DNA of 63,524 nucleotides, the filler included, from Stramenopiles sp. TOSAG23-3 (lineage: Eukaryota): assembly GCA_900128585.1 (NCBI GenBank). It is 6 parts of 6 records of this genome, joined end to end, with 100 filler letters (N's around TTAATTAATTAA, not from the genome) between each part and the next. Parts side by side here need not be neighbours in the genome. Positions count along the whole stretch, not along the records: positions 27,517 to 54,756 come from LT642263.1; positions 54,857 to 56,949 come from LT645085.1; 4 more parts are not named here. One strand, 5' to 3'. The position numbers and the translations under genes were made by a program. The notes under the pieces were generated by a model. That model was not told where the DNA came from. It worked only from the letters and a program-made list of their open reading frames with translations, and ran no database searches. This document shows positions 43,201-56,321 of the stretch, piece after piece; the stretch's first letter is position 1, and each line of letters begins with the position of its first letter.

Positions 43201-46200
43201 CCTGGAAGAAGTGGTTCGCATACGACAATAAAATTTGTCTGTACACGAACAGGGACGTTTCGGACTTACCTGAAAAGCATTGGATTCACAATATTGTGGA
43301 AGTGTAAAATCAAGGTTATTTTGGCGAAATTTTTTTACCTGATCACGTATACTGAGACCAACTTTTGCCGTCCCTGTACCATCAACATCAACATAATGAT
43401 GCTCAAGTTCTCCGGAAGGGTCTAACCAACCTTCCCATGGGTGTGTCTCGTATGACTCTTGAAAAATCCCATTCATCAATCCAATAATTTTGTTTTTCGA
43501 CATTTCTGACGCAGTCCCAACCGGGCAATAGTGCCCCGGCGGGCAGAAGTTTGTTGCCAACCTAGACCCAACTGCCAGCTGCAGTGATGGTACTGAGATT
43601 ATTGAATCAAAAAAACGCGATTCGCCTATTTGTACATCTGGATCACAGATATATCCTGCTGGGCAATCTTTTGGGGTTTGCATTCCAGCAGTTTCACATA
43701 TTTTCCCCTGGGGGCATGCATTGCATAAATACTGCCCTTGCAATTCTTGGCTGGTTCCAGGCGGGCATTTTACAACCCTACCCAAGGTAAATGGCTCGAT
43801 CATCACGTTGAAATATATCCCATCTTCAACATCTGGGGCTGAAAATGTTACTGAATTTTCGCTGAAAGACAAAACTCGCAATACCTTCCCCTGCAGGTAA
43901 GACTCTGTACGGCTTGCAACTTGTATTTGCATACTCATACCTACCGATATACCCAGGGAACCGCCGTTATTTACCATTGTTGCGGTCGCAATGCCACCCT
44001 GCGTGTAAAGCCGAGGGCTTTGAATTTCTTTCACCGGGCTATCGACCGCACCATCCGCTGAACACATACTTCCTTTCCGGCATTCACGTTGTGCGTGCGC
44101 AATTGCATAGTCGGGAACGTTTTTCAGTTTGCAATTAAAGCCCGCAGGGCACGAGCGAGCGTATAACACTTTGTTTGAAGTTTCCGCCTCCTGATGCTCT
44201 CGCACACGCCCATACCACGACGGAAGAAAAAATTCGGTTCGGTTTACCTCCTGCAGAGGGTTCCACTCAAACTTTGGTGAATATGGAGACGAGCCACAAA
44301 CAGAGTATAGTTTCTTATCTAGCTGACCAATAAACGCAGGCGTCGAAGATCCTCCAAAAACGCATCGAAAGTCTTTCTTTTGAAACATTAAAACGCCTCT
44401 TTTTAGGTACTTTTTGGATTTCCATGTCCGTTGGGTATGGATTACAAACAGACTAGAATTATTTGTGGCGGACTGTCCAATTTTGTAGACGATCCCATTC
44501 TGCTTAAAAGCAACGTAAGAAAACTTTCCTCCTTGATATAAACCTGGGATAAGATCAAAAGACGCAAGTGTAAGCTCGTCTCTAGCGTCATTTATATCCT
44601 CGATTACATGACGTCCCTTTAGCGTTTGAACAGATATACTGCCCCTGAAAAGCACCGGAAGTGCTACACAATTTACAAGGGTCGATTTGTAGACATTGGA
44701 TGTAACAATCAAGTACTTATTTAGGCCTTCCACTACAGAATTTGGTACTCCAAGATCAGAAGGCAGAGTTACGATCGGTTTACTGGCTGACGCATTTCCT
44801 GACCTACAGGCGCCATTTACAATGGTGAATTGTGTCTCAGTAACCTCTGTTTTGTCATCCTCACAGTTCCCCCTTTTCCCAATACCTTCAAAAATTAGTG
44901 GAAACGGCCGGGGAGGTTGTACAAACTGTATGAGCAGAGTTGTCCTATTGTTTTCCTCTGAACGATTAACGTTAACCTTAGAAATGTGCTTAGAATGCTC
45001 CAATATTGCTTTAATCGAACTGTCAGATGCTGTTGTATTTGTGCATTGCAAAAATTCTTTGTCGTACGATAAACGATACCACAATACCACATTACTTGGG
45101 AAACTAATGGTCTGGTTTTCGGTGCCATGAGCAAACGAACCCTGTCCATCATACTTCACTTTGACTGTTTTGGTCTGGTCGACTGGACCTTTGCCAAATA
45201 TTACATCGTGGTGTGAATGTCCTCGATGAGACAAGCGAACATTGTCAAAATCTTCAAACTGGAAAATATTCAGAGAGTACTGGTCCAGGCATTTGCTCAC
45301 TTTTTTTATTTTATCACCTACGATAAGCTTGTACTGTGATAAACCTTTTTGAGGAAGCACGCTAGTGACCCGCACCAGATTTTTAACAGTATCGCCTCTG
45401 ATTGCGCGCAAATGTACGGTCTTAGAAGCAGCGAGGCAAAAGCTATGCGAAGGTTGAATGAAGTCTACATGAAAGGGAGACCAACCTATCGGAAAATAAA
45501 GTTCGAGAGAAAAAAATCCAGTCGTAACGTTTCCAAGATGTGTAACTCTCGATAACCCGTGTTGTGATAGAAATCCCATGACGGATTCTTTGATAGCTTG
45601 CATGTTCTGATCAATACTTATGCAACGACTTAAAGTGCCATTGAATTTAATTCGAAAAGCGTCAGGTTGTACAGGTTGCACGTTGCTTGAAAAATATACA
45701 GTCACTTTAGGCGAAGACGAAAACGCCAATTCAACCTGGTCCTTTGCGTTGAAGCGCCCTTCCAGTGGCACAACACTTATACTGGTGCCTTGTTGGTCGG
45801 ACAGGACCAATCCGACTGCAAGAGAGTTAAATTGGCGCAAAATTGAACCACGTTTAAGATACACATTCTTCATTCCTGATAGAATCACAGCACTAGAATG
45901 CATGAAACCGACTTGGTCAGAGCAATTGGTCTCATCCAAACAATGCTCCCACGTTGTTGAGAGGTGTGAGGCATTTTGCAACCTAAACCTCTGCCTTAGT
46001 TTCAAGTATTTCTTATTCGATTTAAATGACACTTGACACAATGTAACTGGAAGTTTCAAGTTAGAGCACGTAAGCTTTAACCGTTTCTCAACAAACAGGG
46101 ATTTCAGCAACACGCCTTTAACGGACAATACCGGGTGTTTGTATTGTAGTACTGTCATTTTCTTATCGCAATACGGCTGCTGCACACAGGTCAAAAGGAT

Positions 46201-49200
46201 AGTGCTTCCAATTGGGGCTGACAAGTTCGCCTTAGTTTGCAGGGTTAGTTTGAGCGATTCTTCCTGCAGAGCATACGTCATAACATGTATTGGTTGGATG
46301 TTGTCACCCGTGTTCATATTTATTTCTGCGCCTTTCTCAAGGTTTGCTTCAGGAGCGCTTAACTTTATCCGCGCTTCTGTAGCTAACTCCGTTGCTACTT
46401 GCAAGGCTTCGGTGTGCTCCCCGTAATCCTTTGCTCTTACATACAGCCTATAATTCAAAATTAATACAGCAAATATGCTATGGTTTTCTAATGTGTAGTT
46501 TCTAGGAATGTACTCCACACGTTTCGTTACGGTAACACAACTCGATGTGAAATTACTGATCGTGTATACATTGTTCAGTACAGAGAGTGTAGAATTTTGT
46601 AGTGAAATGGTTTTTCCAACCGCTAAAACGGACACGTTTAATTTACGTGAAAAGAACATAATTTCCCTTGCATTCACATTTACTTTGAATACCATATATC
46701 GTTCTAATCTTGTCACTGTTGCAGTATAGGATTGATTGAGATCTCCACCAAAAAGCTTAATACGGTCCCCAATCTTAGGCATCCGAACCCGTATTCCAGG
46801 AAATCGAACAATTACCAAAATTTGAGAATGCGAAAGCTCGTGAAGACTTACATTTGTGGAAATAATGGCGATATTATTTACATTAACGGCGTCGGAAAAT
46901 GCATGAATGTATACAGGTGCGTTAGCGCCATAGACACTTTCTAGTGCTTCTCCATGTGCACTTACATGAATAACTCCAGTACAATGGTGGTCCAAATTCA
47001 CGTTGCAAGGTGTATCGAGGAGCGATACATTCTGAATGAAAACTTTCTCATTCCAAGCGGGGAGGTGCACGTACCCACAAAAGCTTCCATCACAGTTCAA
47101 AATTACCGTTTGGTGCCCGCCAAATTGAAATTCTATGCTGTCCGTACGCTTTAGCAACCCCTCAGAAGAATTCAATGCTGTAATAACACCATAAATACCA
47201 TTGACTGTTTCATTCTTGATCCCAACAAATTGAATAACAGCACCAGGACTTGGAAGTGGCGCTTGCGATGAAACTTCCACGACTACTACCCCGTTACCGT
47301 TTTGGACATACATGCTGAATATTGTTCCCAAATACGAGGGATTTAATACGCGCATAATCCCTCCGTATGCGAGACCCGAGTCTCCATAGTATCCTGGTAT
47401 CAGAAAAATACCGTTGCACAAGACAGTTTTACCCGTCAAATCTAACGTTGCTAGAGTTCGTGTATCGCCTCCTGAGAACTTGGCGACAAAACGAGTATTC
47501 TCAAATACTTTCCCGCCCCTGTACAGTCCATATGTATTGGGACTCTCTACCGATATTTTAAAGTGCATGCCACTGACCAGATCAACGCCTACCTTTAAAT
47601 CGACGTTGTGAGACCATACCGATAAGGCACAATTAAGGAAGGTACCGTTGTGTTCAGATACACGCATTTCAGGACTGACTATGCCACTAAATTGGTTTGT
47701 ACTTGGTACTTCCGACACTATCACCAGCAGCAAACTCGTGTAAGGGTATTTTGCATTTTCCATTTTTGAAGCGCCTAGTTCTATTTTCACCTGGTCATCA
47801 GGCACCAGAGCCATGGGTCGGTCCAACTCGCATGTTAAAGTGGTACTAGATAAATTGACATGAACACAAGTTGCAGTAATAGCCTTTAAAAGGATAAACT
47901 CGTGGGCACCAGTATTCTCCCCTTCTACAGCGATTTTGTGCTGACCTTCCAGGAGAAGAGACAACACACCAACCACAGTATCTGGCGCCTCCGTTTTGAA
48001 AGCAACAACTGCATGCTTCCCGACATGTAATCCATTTCCAAGTGTTACATGAGGTCTTCCCTCTTTTATTTCAACGCTCTCAACTGAGTCTCGGCACTCT
48101 TGCGCGCATATGTATGTGATTTGATGAACGCCATTTAGGAATCGCTCAGCATCTGTTATGGTGATGTAATCGTTTACCTTCGAACTTATATGGGAATCGA
48201 TGTAAATAGTGGCGATTGAATCAGTAAGCAAAATTTCGGAAATTGTTGCACGAAATAATTTTTCGACAGAGAAGCTATTGTCGAAAATATCAACATTCAT
48301 CGTTGATTCGTGAAATGGGCATTTTATGCCTGGGCTGGAAAGTACTACCAAATAATTTCCATTGCTCCAATTTTTGTAAGATAGGAATGTGGCATTGCAA
48401 TGAAATATGTCCTCATTCATGGTAAAAATTGTTTGAACATGACTTACAGAATCTGGGGCACTCAAAATTTCAACAAACTGTTTATCTTTTGCTGGTTTTA
48501 AGAAGCTGGGAGTATCTGTTACTGCGAATGCATGATCCCTGAGAATATAAAATTGCTTAATCCGAGTAACCTGCGATCTACTGTAAAAGTTGGTGTTTGG
48601 TCGTTTTGCTGGATCCCTAATTTTCAGCGCGGTATAAATCGCGGTGCCAGATGGACCGAATGAATTCGTAAAAATGGTCGGCGAGGATATCGAATAAAAA
48701 CGCACAGTTCCCAGTGCCGAATTTGATGACTCTGCTTTTTTTGGGCACAATGAAGTGGCGTTGCCGGTGCTCGATATGTGTTGACATGACAGTCTGACAA
48801 TAGAATTACTTAACCGATGTTGAGTTTCAAAAGCAATATGCAGGTGCCCCATCATTATTTCTGTAGATACTTCAATTGAAACGATTTCATCCGAGTGAGT
48901 GAGACCTGACAGATCTCTCCGCAATATATTTGATATATCTTCCGCAGTTGAATATTCTTCAAACGAATACGATTTGTTCCAGATGTAATGTGGATCATTG
49001 GAACCAATTTGATAGCGAAGAGAAAATGTGTTGTTCGTGTAAAACTCTTGAGTATAAGTTTCCGTTATGCGTGGATTATGGACAAAAAACTGTTCTAACA
49101 GTTCTATGTAGTTACCCCCAGACTCAGAATTGCAACTGACGGCACTACTGAGTTCATTATCCATTGTTACTACCGTTATCGAAGACAAATTATTCACGGC

Positions 49201-52200
49201 AGCGATTGTGTATGGCCCAATAGTTTGTCGATGAGACCCACACATTCCTACAAAGAACGAATCGCCGACCTGGGGGTTAATGGTGGTAATAAACGCCCCA
49301 ATTAATTTTTCTTCATCTCTACTCGAGAAGGAACTACCGAGTAGAACAAAGTCAACCTCTGACAAAATCAGTACTTCAAATCCTCTTGCCGAATTTGTGT
49401 ACACACCAGACGAATTTCCGATATAGATTATATTCCCATCTTCAAATTTGTGCTTAAATTTCGTTCGCAAAACTAGAGGGCTAAAATTTACTACCTTCAA
49501 TACTTCGTGGTAACTGTAGTATATCAGAACACGTCTCGTAAAATTCATAACCCTAGTTAAAGTCCAGGAGTCTGCAACGGTCACGTTTAAAACGCCCTCG
49601 TCTTCGGAAAGCAACAGGATAGAAGTTGAATTGATTGCGTGAATAGCGAAGTCACGACCATTTAAATGAGGAGCACCAGGAGCGTTTTCCAGTCTCACCA
49701 CATCGCCGGCAGTCAAATTGTGTGCAGACACAAAGATGACAGTGGGAGGATTGCCCCAGATGAGGCTCAAAATTTCCATCTCATTTCTCTGTAAAGTCGT
49801 AAGAATATTTTTTACTTTTGCTTTCACTTTCCCAACAATATTGAAATTTTCATTAATTTGAAAACGTTTTTGCATTATTTTTACAAACATTGTTTGTCCC
49901 ATTTGCAACGTTGGAGCCCGAAAAGATTTAGACAAACTAATACGGATAAAATCTTTGAAGAAATGAACATTTTCGACATCAAATAGACCACCCGCAGATT
50001 GAAGACTTGGAGTTACTGAGAAAGGGACAGGGGTGCTCCATCCAGGATTTTGAACAACAAACCCAGCACCAAATTTCCCATGGGAGGTTCCAGGCGGGGT
50101 TTCTAAGTACACACAATTATCGGAAGGACCGAACGACAAAATACGAAATATTCGATTAACCCGAAAGTCTACAGAACTTGAAACATAAAAATAAGAACCA
50201 TTCGCTAGCTTAACTCTCTCGAAATTGGAAGAAGTGAATTCTAGGACAGTAACATTTGTCTGTACAGACATAGCGGAGAAAGGAGTTGATGATTCTAAAC
50301 TGTGCTGCAGCATAATTGATAAATCAAGTTTTTTGGATCCAATGGAAATTCTGCTAAATCGACTCCTTGTAAATTTACACAACAAATTACTATTACTGTG
50401 CCAATACGAGCTGTCAGACAGCAAAACAATGCGCATTTCCCCAACTTTCATATCACGATTAGATGATACTTTACCTGTAGAAAAGAAAAAGTCTACAAAG
50501 GATCCCACCCAAATAATTGTGTGAAACCCTGTAAAAGCAGGATCATTACCAGCGTATAGTTCTAGTTTTGATCTTGGTCCCAACACACCAACAGACACGA
50601 CTCCTCCATACATGGTGACATTAGAAATACTCTCTCTTGATTCAAATTCGATCTGAAACACATTCAAATTTTGAACTTTCTGAACTCGAAATGCCCCGTG
50701 TATCCTGTAATCTAAAATTTCAAGATATACCAAGTCCTTCTCGAACAGCACTATTGGCATTTTTGTGGTTACAACAGCAGAATTGGTAAGTTGGAAAACC
50801 TCGACGGAGAATATTTCCACCGATACAATCGGGGTTGCTGTCTGGAAACTCACTTTTAGCATCTTTATATGCCCACCAAAGAAACCAGAGGAATATTTTC
50901 GATCCCCTTCCTTAACAACTAGTGAGGATTCAGAGAGGACCTCTTGAACTTCGTGATAGGATGTTGCGCTCCCTGGTACATATAGCATCCCTGTAGTATA
51001 GGTACCATCTGGCATGAAAGGCTCGCTTTGCAGCAAAACACTCATCTTCCGCACCAGAAGAACTTTATACGTGCCTCGGAGACTAGATGAGTTCAGATCC
51101 ACTTCCAAATCAAGAAATTTTGAAGTCTCAGCAACATTTAAACTGCGCAGTAATGTTACATTGATCAATCCACCTGATAAAAATACAACTTTGGATTTCA
51201 CACCTTCGTAAAAAGTGGTAACTTCAAGAAAATCCCCTGGTAAAAATGTTTTTACCGCGGCATGATGAAGCTTAATCAAATTGCTCCCCGGAACTTTAAA
51301 CCCATTCTTTAATGTTGCCAAAACAGATGTAATACTAGATATTTGCATCCCCTCTTCGGTTGCAGACGTCATTCTGCAAATTGTGTTTCCGTTTATGTTG
51401 AGTTTTGTGTTACCCACAACAGCTTTGCATGCATTTAACGACGGTTGAACAGGCATTAAATCCACGGAACTATACAAAAACAACTTATTTCCTGTTACAT
51501 TTTGCACTCTGTACATCCCATTAATTTCCTTTTCGTGGCATGCAATTATCTCCATTCGATCGCCGATATGTACGTTTAGAGGCGTCGCAGTGCTCAATGA
51601 AATAATTTTACAAGAACGAAAGAGAGGTGATGCACCCGAAGAGTTAGAACAAATTACCTCGATTTGTTCGACGAGACTGCTCCGTCCGAAAGTCACATTG
51701 ACAAAGGTGTCCTCAGAAAGAGGTGAGCTATCGGGTTGAATTGACACGATTTCTGGTTTGTTCATGATAGACAATGTCACCCTCTGCCCGGAGTGCAGAG
51801 AGCTGTGACGACCCGACCAAAGATCACCTAAGTGTCCGCCGCCTTCGATTCCGTCATTTATAACGTACACAAGATATTTTGCTCCAGCTACCAGAGACCT
51901 TGAAATCGTACAAACTAAATTTTCAGCCGATTTGTAAATTGCAGGCAGTACAATTACATTATCATGCATCCCACTATATTTGGACTCCAAAACGCAATGG
52001 CAATTTGGAGAAAATCCACTGCCGGAAACAGAAAAATCGGTGCGAGTCCCAGAGTATAGAAAGGATGGTGAAATACTGTGCACAGTCGGAATGAGAAACA
52101 CTCTATATTTTTGAGAGCATAATAAATTTATGCACACTACCACAAAACTTTTTGTTTCTCCAACAGTTTTTGTACTTTTGTCCAAAATGCACGTAAGTTT

Positions 52201-54756
52201 AAATAATTGGGTCACGAGTGTGACGTTTCGGCATCTGCTCCCTCCAACAAATACGTGCAAAAAGTGTGCATTTGTGCCAAAATTTTCGCCGTATATTGTG
52301 AAATTTCTCTCCCCTGCAGTATACACAAACTGGTCTGTATAAAATTGACCCTGATCGACGGGCACAAGGCCCGCCTCTACTTTGCGAATAATGGGCGCTT
52401 GGTATTTCAAAACTGACCCCGAATGCAAATTCGTGTTTCCGTTCAGTGGATATAGAGTTTTGTGTTTAAAGTAAGCTGATGAAACGGATATCTTTAGGCC
52501 TTCACCCGAGCGCGGCGGCAGAGAGCACGAAACGGCGCATACATCAGTGCTCAGCCAGTTATAACCGATAGGCTGCGTGAGAGTTGTTATGACATAACCA
52601 TGCCCATTATTTTCTAGATCACCCGGAAATGCCTCTTTAATTAGGAAAGTAAAAGGATTTACAACTTCATACACTTCGTATAGCTTTCCTACTTTTTTGA
52701 AATTTGTTTCGTCTAGAAATGATATTTGAGCTCCGTCCTCTAGTGCAAGTGGAGATCCTCGGGTAGTCACCAATGTGGCATTCTTGTAGGGAATCATGGT
52801 CTTAATGGCCCTATATTTATCACCCAAATTACGATTTTTTGGTAGTTTCTTGAGAAGGCATCCGAGGCTTGTTTGCAGATCTTTGCATTCCCGCAGCCCA
52901 ATTTGAACGGACATAGTTACGATAATGGAGCCTGTGTTATACATGGTGTACGCAGGCGATGAAGGAACCAGTACTGTCACCACGGTAGGGTCAGCCGTCA
53001 CATTAGTTACGGTATGATCACCGTCTAGTTGTTTTTTACCCGAATCATATATCCTAATTTTTGAACCATTCTCAATCTTAAGCGGATTTATCAAGGTCAG
53101 CTTGGCCCGCCCATTTCTCACAGATATGGTTTGAATCCCACTTCTCTTTCCAGGTCGATATACCCACCCACTTTTGGCTTTTAGTTTTGACGGGTCGTTC
53201 TCATTTTTAAAGTGCTTCATATAAACTGGCCACAACCTTCCACCGATAATAGGAGTGTCACAATCTGACGCAGAGCAAATACGCGATTGTAATAAGATTG
53301 TAGAACTGTCAAACACTTCACTAATAACATACGTTCCATTTAGTTCCATGTAAACCGAATGTTGAATTTTCACTACGTCACCAGCGGTAAACGGCAGCTC
53401 ATTCCCTGCAATTGTAATTTGGGTCTGCATCCCGCTGGCGTCTAACTGAATTATGGAAATATAGAACGCTGGAATATTAAAAGCGAAGACTTTGTCTGAA
53501 ACTTTCTTCGAAACTACCCATACATCATTTAAAAATTCCATGGGGCAATCAGAAACTGATATTGAATCTCCTTCATCGACAATGTCACCCGACACAAAAA
53601 ACCTCGCCTCTGCTACGGCTGAAAAAAAGAAAATTGTTACATTCACAATTTTAACTTTTTCTCCCATATGAAAGGGGGATCCCAAAAGCACTAGCGTATC
53701 ACCGCCTTGAGGGTTACATACTATGTCGTTTTGCGCCGGACTAACTGGATCCAAACGCCCGTGCAAACAATTTAATGTATGGGGAAGGTACTGGTGTGAC
53801 GGAACGACGGCTTGGCCTTTTGAAAACTTACTTATTCGATGCATTCCATTAATATATGGCAAATGTACAAACCTTTTGATTTGCAGTGTGCAGCCAGACA
53901 GCAGTGTTGGTATTATTGTATTTTCAGAGGCAGTAATAAGCACCGTATTATTTGTAAAATTGTTGTTGTTGCGAACGACAGCATATCGACCGTTGAAAGA
54001 ATAGTTATTGCAATATTTGATTTTCACGAAATCTGTATCGTTTATTGGCGTGGAAAAGCTCATTGCAGTATATAAAATAATTTTCTGACCACCGGTAAAT
54101 TCTGCATGCATAATTTTTGTTTCCAGGTCTGCACATCCAGAAAGCTCGGCGTGCATACCCCTGTAAAAGCGCCGTTTTCCTTTAATTTTCAAGCTCATGT
54201 ATTTACCAGTGGAAGCGACATGTATGTTCCCGTCCATATTCAACAATGGGATTCCAACTTCAAGTGAACCTCCCCATATCGTCTCTTCAAACGGTGCCGC
54301 CACATTCAGCGTTAAAATGGAAAATGCGGTCACTGTCGCGCAAACTTGGGTAGAGTCCCGATTGAAGCAGCGAAACGGATTTGCAGAAGCACTAAAAGCA
54401 TAGAATGCGGCATTATGCGTGAATGTGCAGATTGCAGTAGAAAATGAAATTGAGTTTTTAACAGCTCCACTATGACGAAATGTGATATTTATGCAGCTGT
54501 CTCGCGGTGCGGATACTTGTGCAACGACATACACCCCATTTGCATATTCACTACTACAATTACTCAATGTAAAATAGTCTTCCAGTGTTATTTTGATATC
54601 CCCGCATGCAAACACAGTTCCGTTATCAGCGTCTATGTTGACAATTGTGCCTACTTGTTTGAGTAGTCTAGATACATGCATAACGGTGGTCTGTACTCCA
54701 TTTGACACCATAATTTTATCGCCTTCTTGCAGCATGTACGACGATACTCCCAAGTG
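31272..54756 (-). CDS. Giant (at least 7,795 aa) multi-domain, multi-pass membrane protein, CRMP-like; exons 54756-32894 and 32796-31272; 5' truncated
   Basis: The 7287-aa ORF joins the 537-aa ORF in frame through a GT-AG intron (...ISRT|SFYKAD...). Contains GDxVxI...LNGxYxV beta repeats, IPT/TIG domains, many CPxGxYCPxG repeats, EF-hand-like DENKDNQLSFEE and about 9-11 hydrophobic segments at the C-terminus. Confidence 0.9.
32797..32893 (-). other. Spliceosomal intron (97 nt) in the giant gene
   Basis: Donor AC|GTAAGT, branch CTCTAAC (32827-32821), pyrimidine tract, acceptor CAATAG|; removal fuses the two ORFs in frame. Confidence 0.92.
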
Positions 54757-54856
54757 NNNNNNNNNNNNNNNNNNNNNNNNNNNNNNNNNNNNNNNNNNNN
54801 TTAATTAATTAANNNNNNNNNNNNNNNNNNNNNNNNNNNNNNNNNNNNNNNNNNNN
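54757..54856. other. Artificial contig linker
   Basis: Same N-TTAATTAATTAA-N spacer. Confidence 0.98.
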
Positions 54857-55759
54857 CGCCGGCGGGGACGGCCCCCGCCGCGGCGTTGCCCTCGTCGCGC
54901 CACGTCACGACGTCCATGCCGCTGTAGTTGACGCCCAGCTTCTGGGCGCCCCGCCGCGGGCTGCGGCCGCCCGTCCTTCGCGCGGAAAGGATGGTCCCGT
55001 CCGCGCGGTCGAATCGAGCGCCGGCGACCCGGTCGTGGGTGACGGCGGCCTCGGAGGACTTCAGCGCGTCCATCAAGTCCTTGTACTTGAACTCGCACGG
55101 CGTGGTCCGCAGGAGGCGGGTCAGCGCGGGCGTCTCCACCACCCCGACCGACAGCAACGATTGCCGGAAGGCCTCTACACTGCATAGGCCGTTGTCGAAC
55201 CGGCTGTACAGGTCTGCAATAGTACTAGAATTCTGCCGAACCGTCTTCTTCTGGGGGGTGTCCCCGAACCGTTCCATCTCCAGCGCGTGCTCCACGGCCC
55301 GGTTCACGTTCGCCGCCGCCTGGGGGGGCGTCATGGCCTGGCCGGGCCCGGCGGCCGGGTTCCGCTGGACGGCCGGGGGCTGCTGCATTCGCGCCGCATT
55401 CTTCTGTGCTTCCAGCGCCCTCTTGTCTTCGAAGTCCTCGACGAACCGGGAGTAGTCCACGTACCCTTGGGCGTCCGTTTTGCACCCAAGCATAACTTCG
55501 TCCACCACCGGGTGGCCCAGCTGAAGCCCCAACGAGTTGATGGCCTGCTGAAACTGCTGCGCATGGACTATAAATCTACGATTGGTCGGAATCTTTCCAA
55601 GGGCTACATAAAATGGTGAAAGAGAAAGAAAGACGTTAGTGAATGGTCGAAAGAGGGACGAGCGAAGAAACGATAGAATATGTATACAGAGAAAGAAAGG
55701 GTCGCCGAAGACGAAGACGTACCGTTGATAATATCCTCTTTCATATAGGAAGCCTCCAT
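54857..55759 (-). CDS. EF-hand-like protein, 3' truncated; exons 55759-55723 and 55603-54857
   Basis: MEASYMKEDIIN|ALGKIPTN... after removing a GT-AG intron; degenerate EF-hands (KTDAQGYVDYSRF; RFDNGLCSVEAF); GC-rich codon usage. Confidence 0.7.
55604..55722 (-). other. Spliceosomal intron (119 nt)
   Basis: Donor G|GTACGT, branch CACTAAC (55641-55635), pyrimidine tract, acceptor TGTAG|; joins the ATG exon in frame. Confidence 0.85.
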
Positions 55760-56321
55760 TATTCAAATGCAATGTATAAATATAACCACGTTATTCAATT
55801 AGCAATGAAAAAAAATCCAACAAGAGAACGACAGAAACGAACAAAAACGCAATGAAGAAGTCAAACCTTTCCGTTGTTCAACGTTCACGTTCCTTTTCAT
55901 TTCCGTTTCCCTTTCCTTTCCATCTCTTTCTTTTGTATAAAATTGCACAAAATCACATTTTTTTGGTCATAAAATTTTTGGATCCAAAATTCAAATATCT
56001 TCATAATTTAAGGAAACCCTTTTATTCTTTATGTAACTATACTGTTTGTATTCTCGTTTATCTATCTAAAATACTTATCTAATTCTATTATCATATTAGA
56101 GTACTAACATTTGTACTTTCTTATCCTAAAATATATAATACAAATAACGTTGGAATGTAAATTTTCTAATCCAAATTGAAAATGGTTCCTACTGTGTTCA
56201 TTAAAAATCGTTTTTTTTTAACCGACGGTTTTAAACTAAATGTTTTCTACTTTGTTAATCATTATAATATTTTTTGTCTTTTTTTTTAGATTTTTAGATT
56301 TTTAGATTTTTACTTAGATTT

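Noticed and set aside
31272-54756. Giant ORF as a giant-virus or phage gene or endogenous viral element
   Set aside because: It has a canonical spliceosomal intron and a eukaryotic Cys-repeat/multi-TM architecture, and no viral hallmark genes are on the contig; only individual modules look virion-like.
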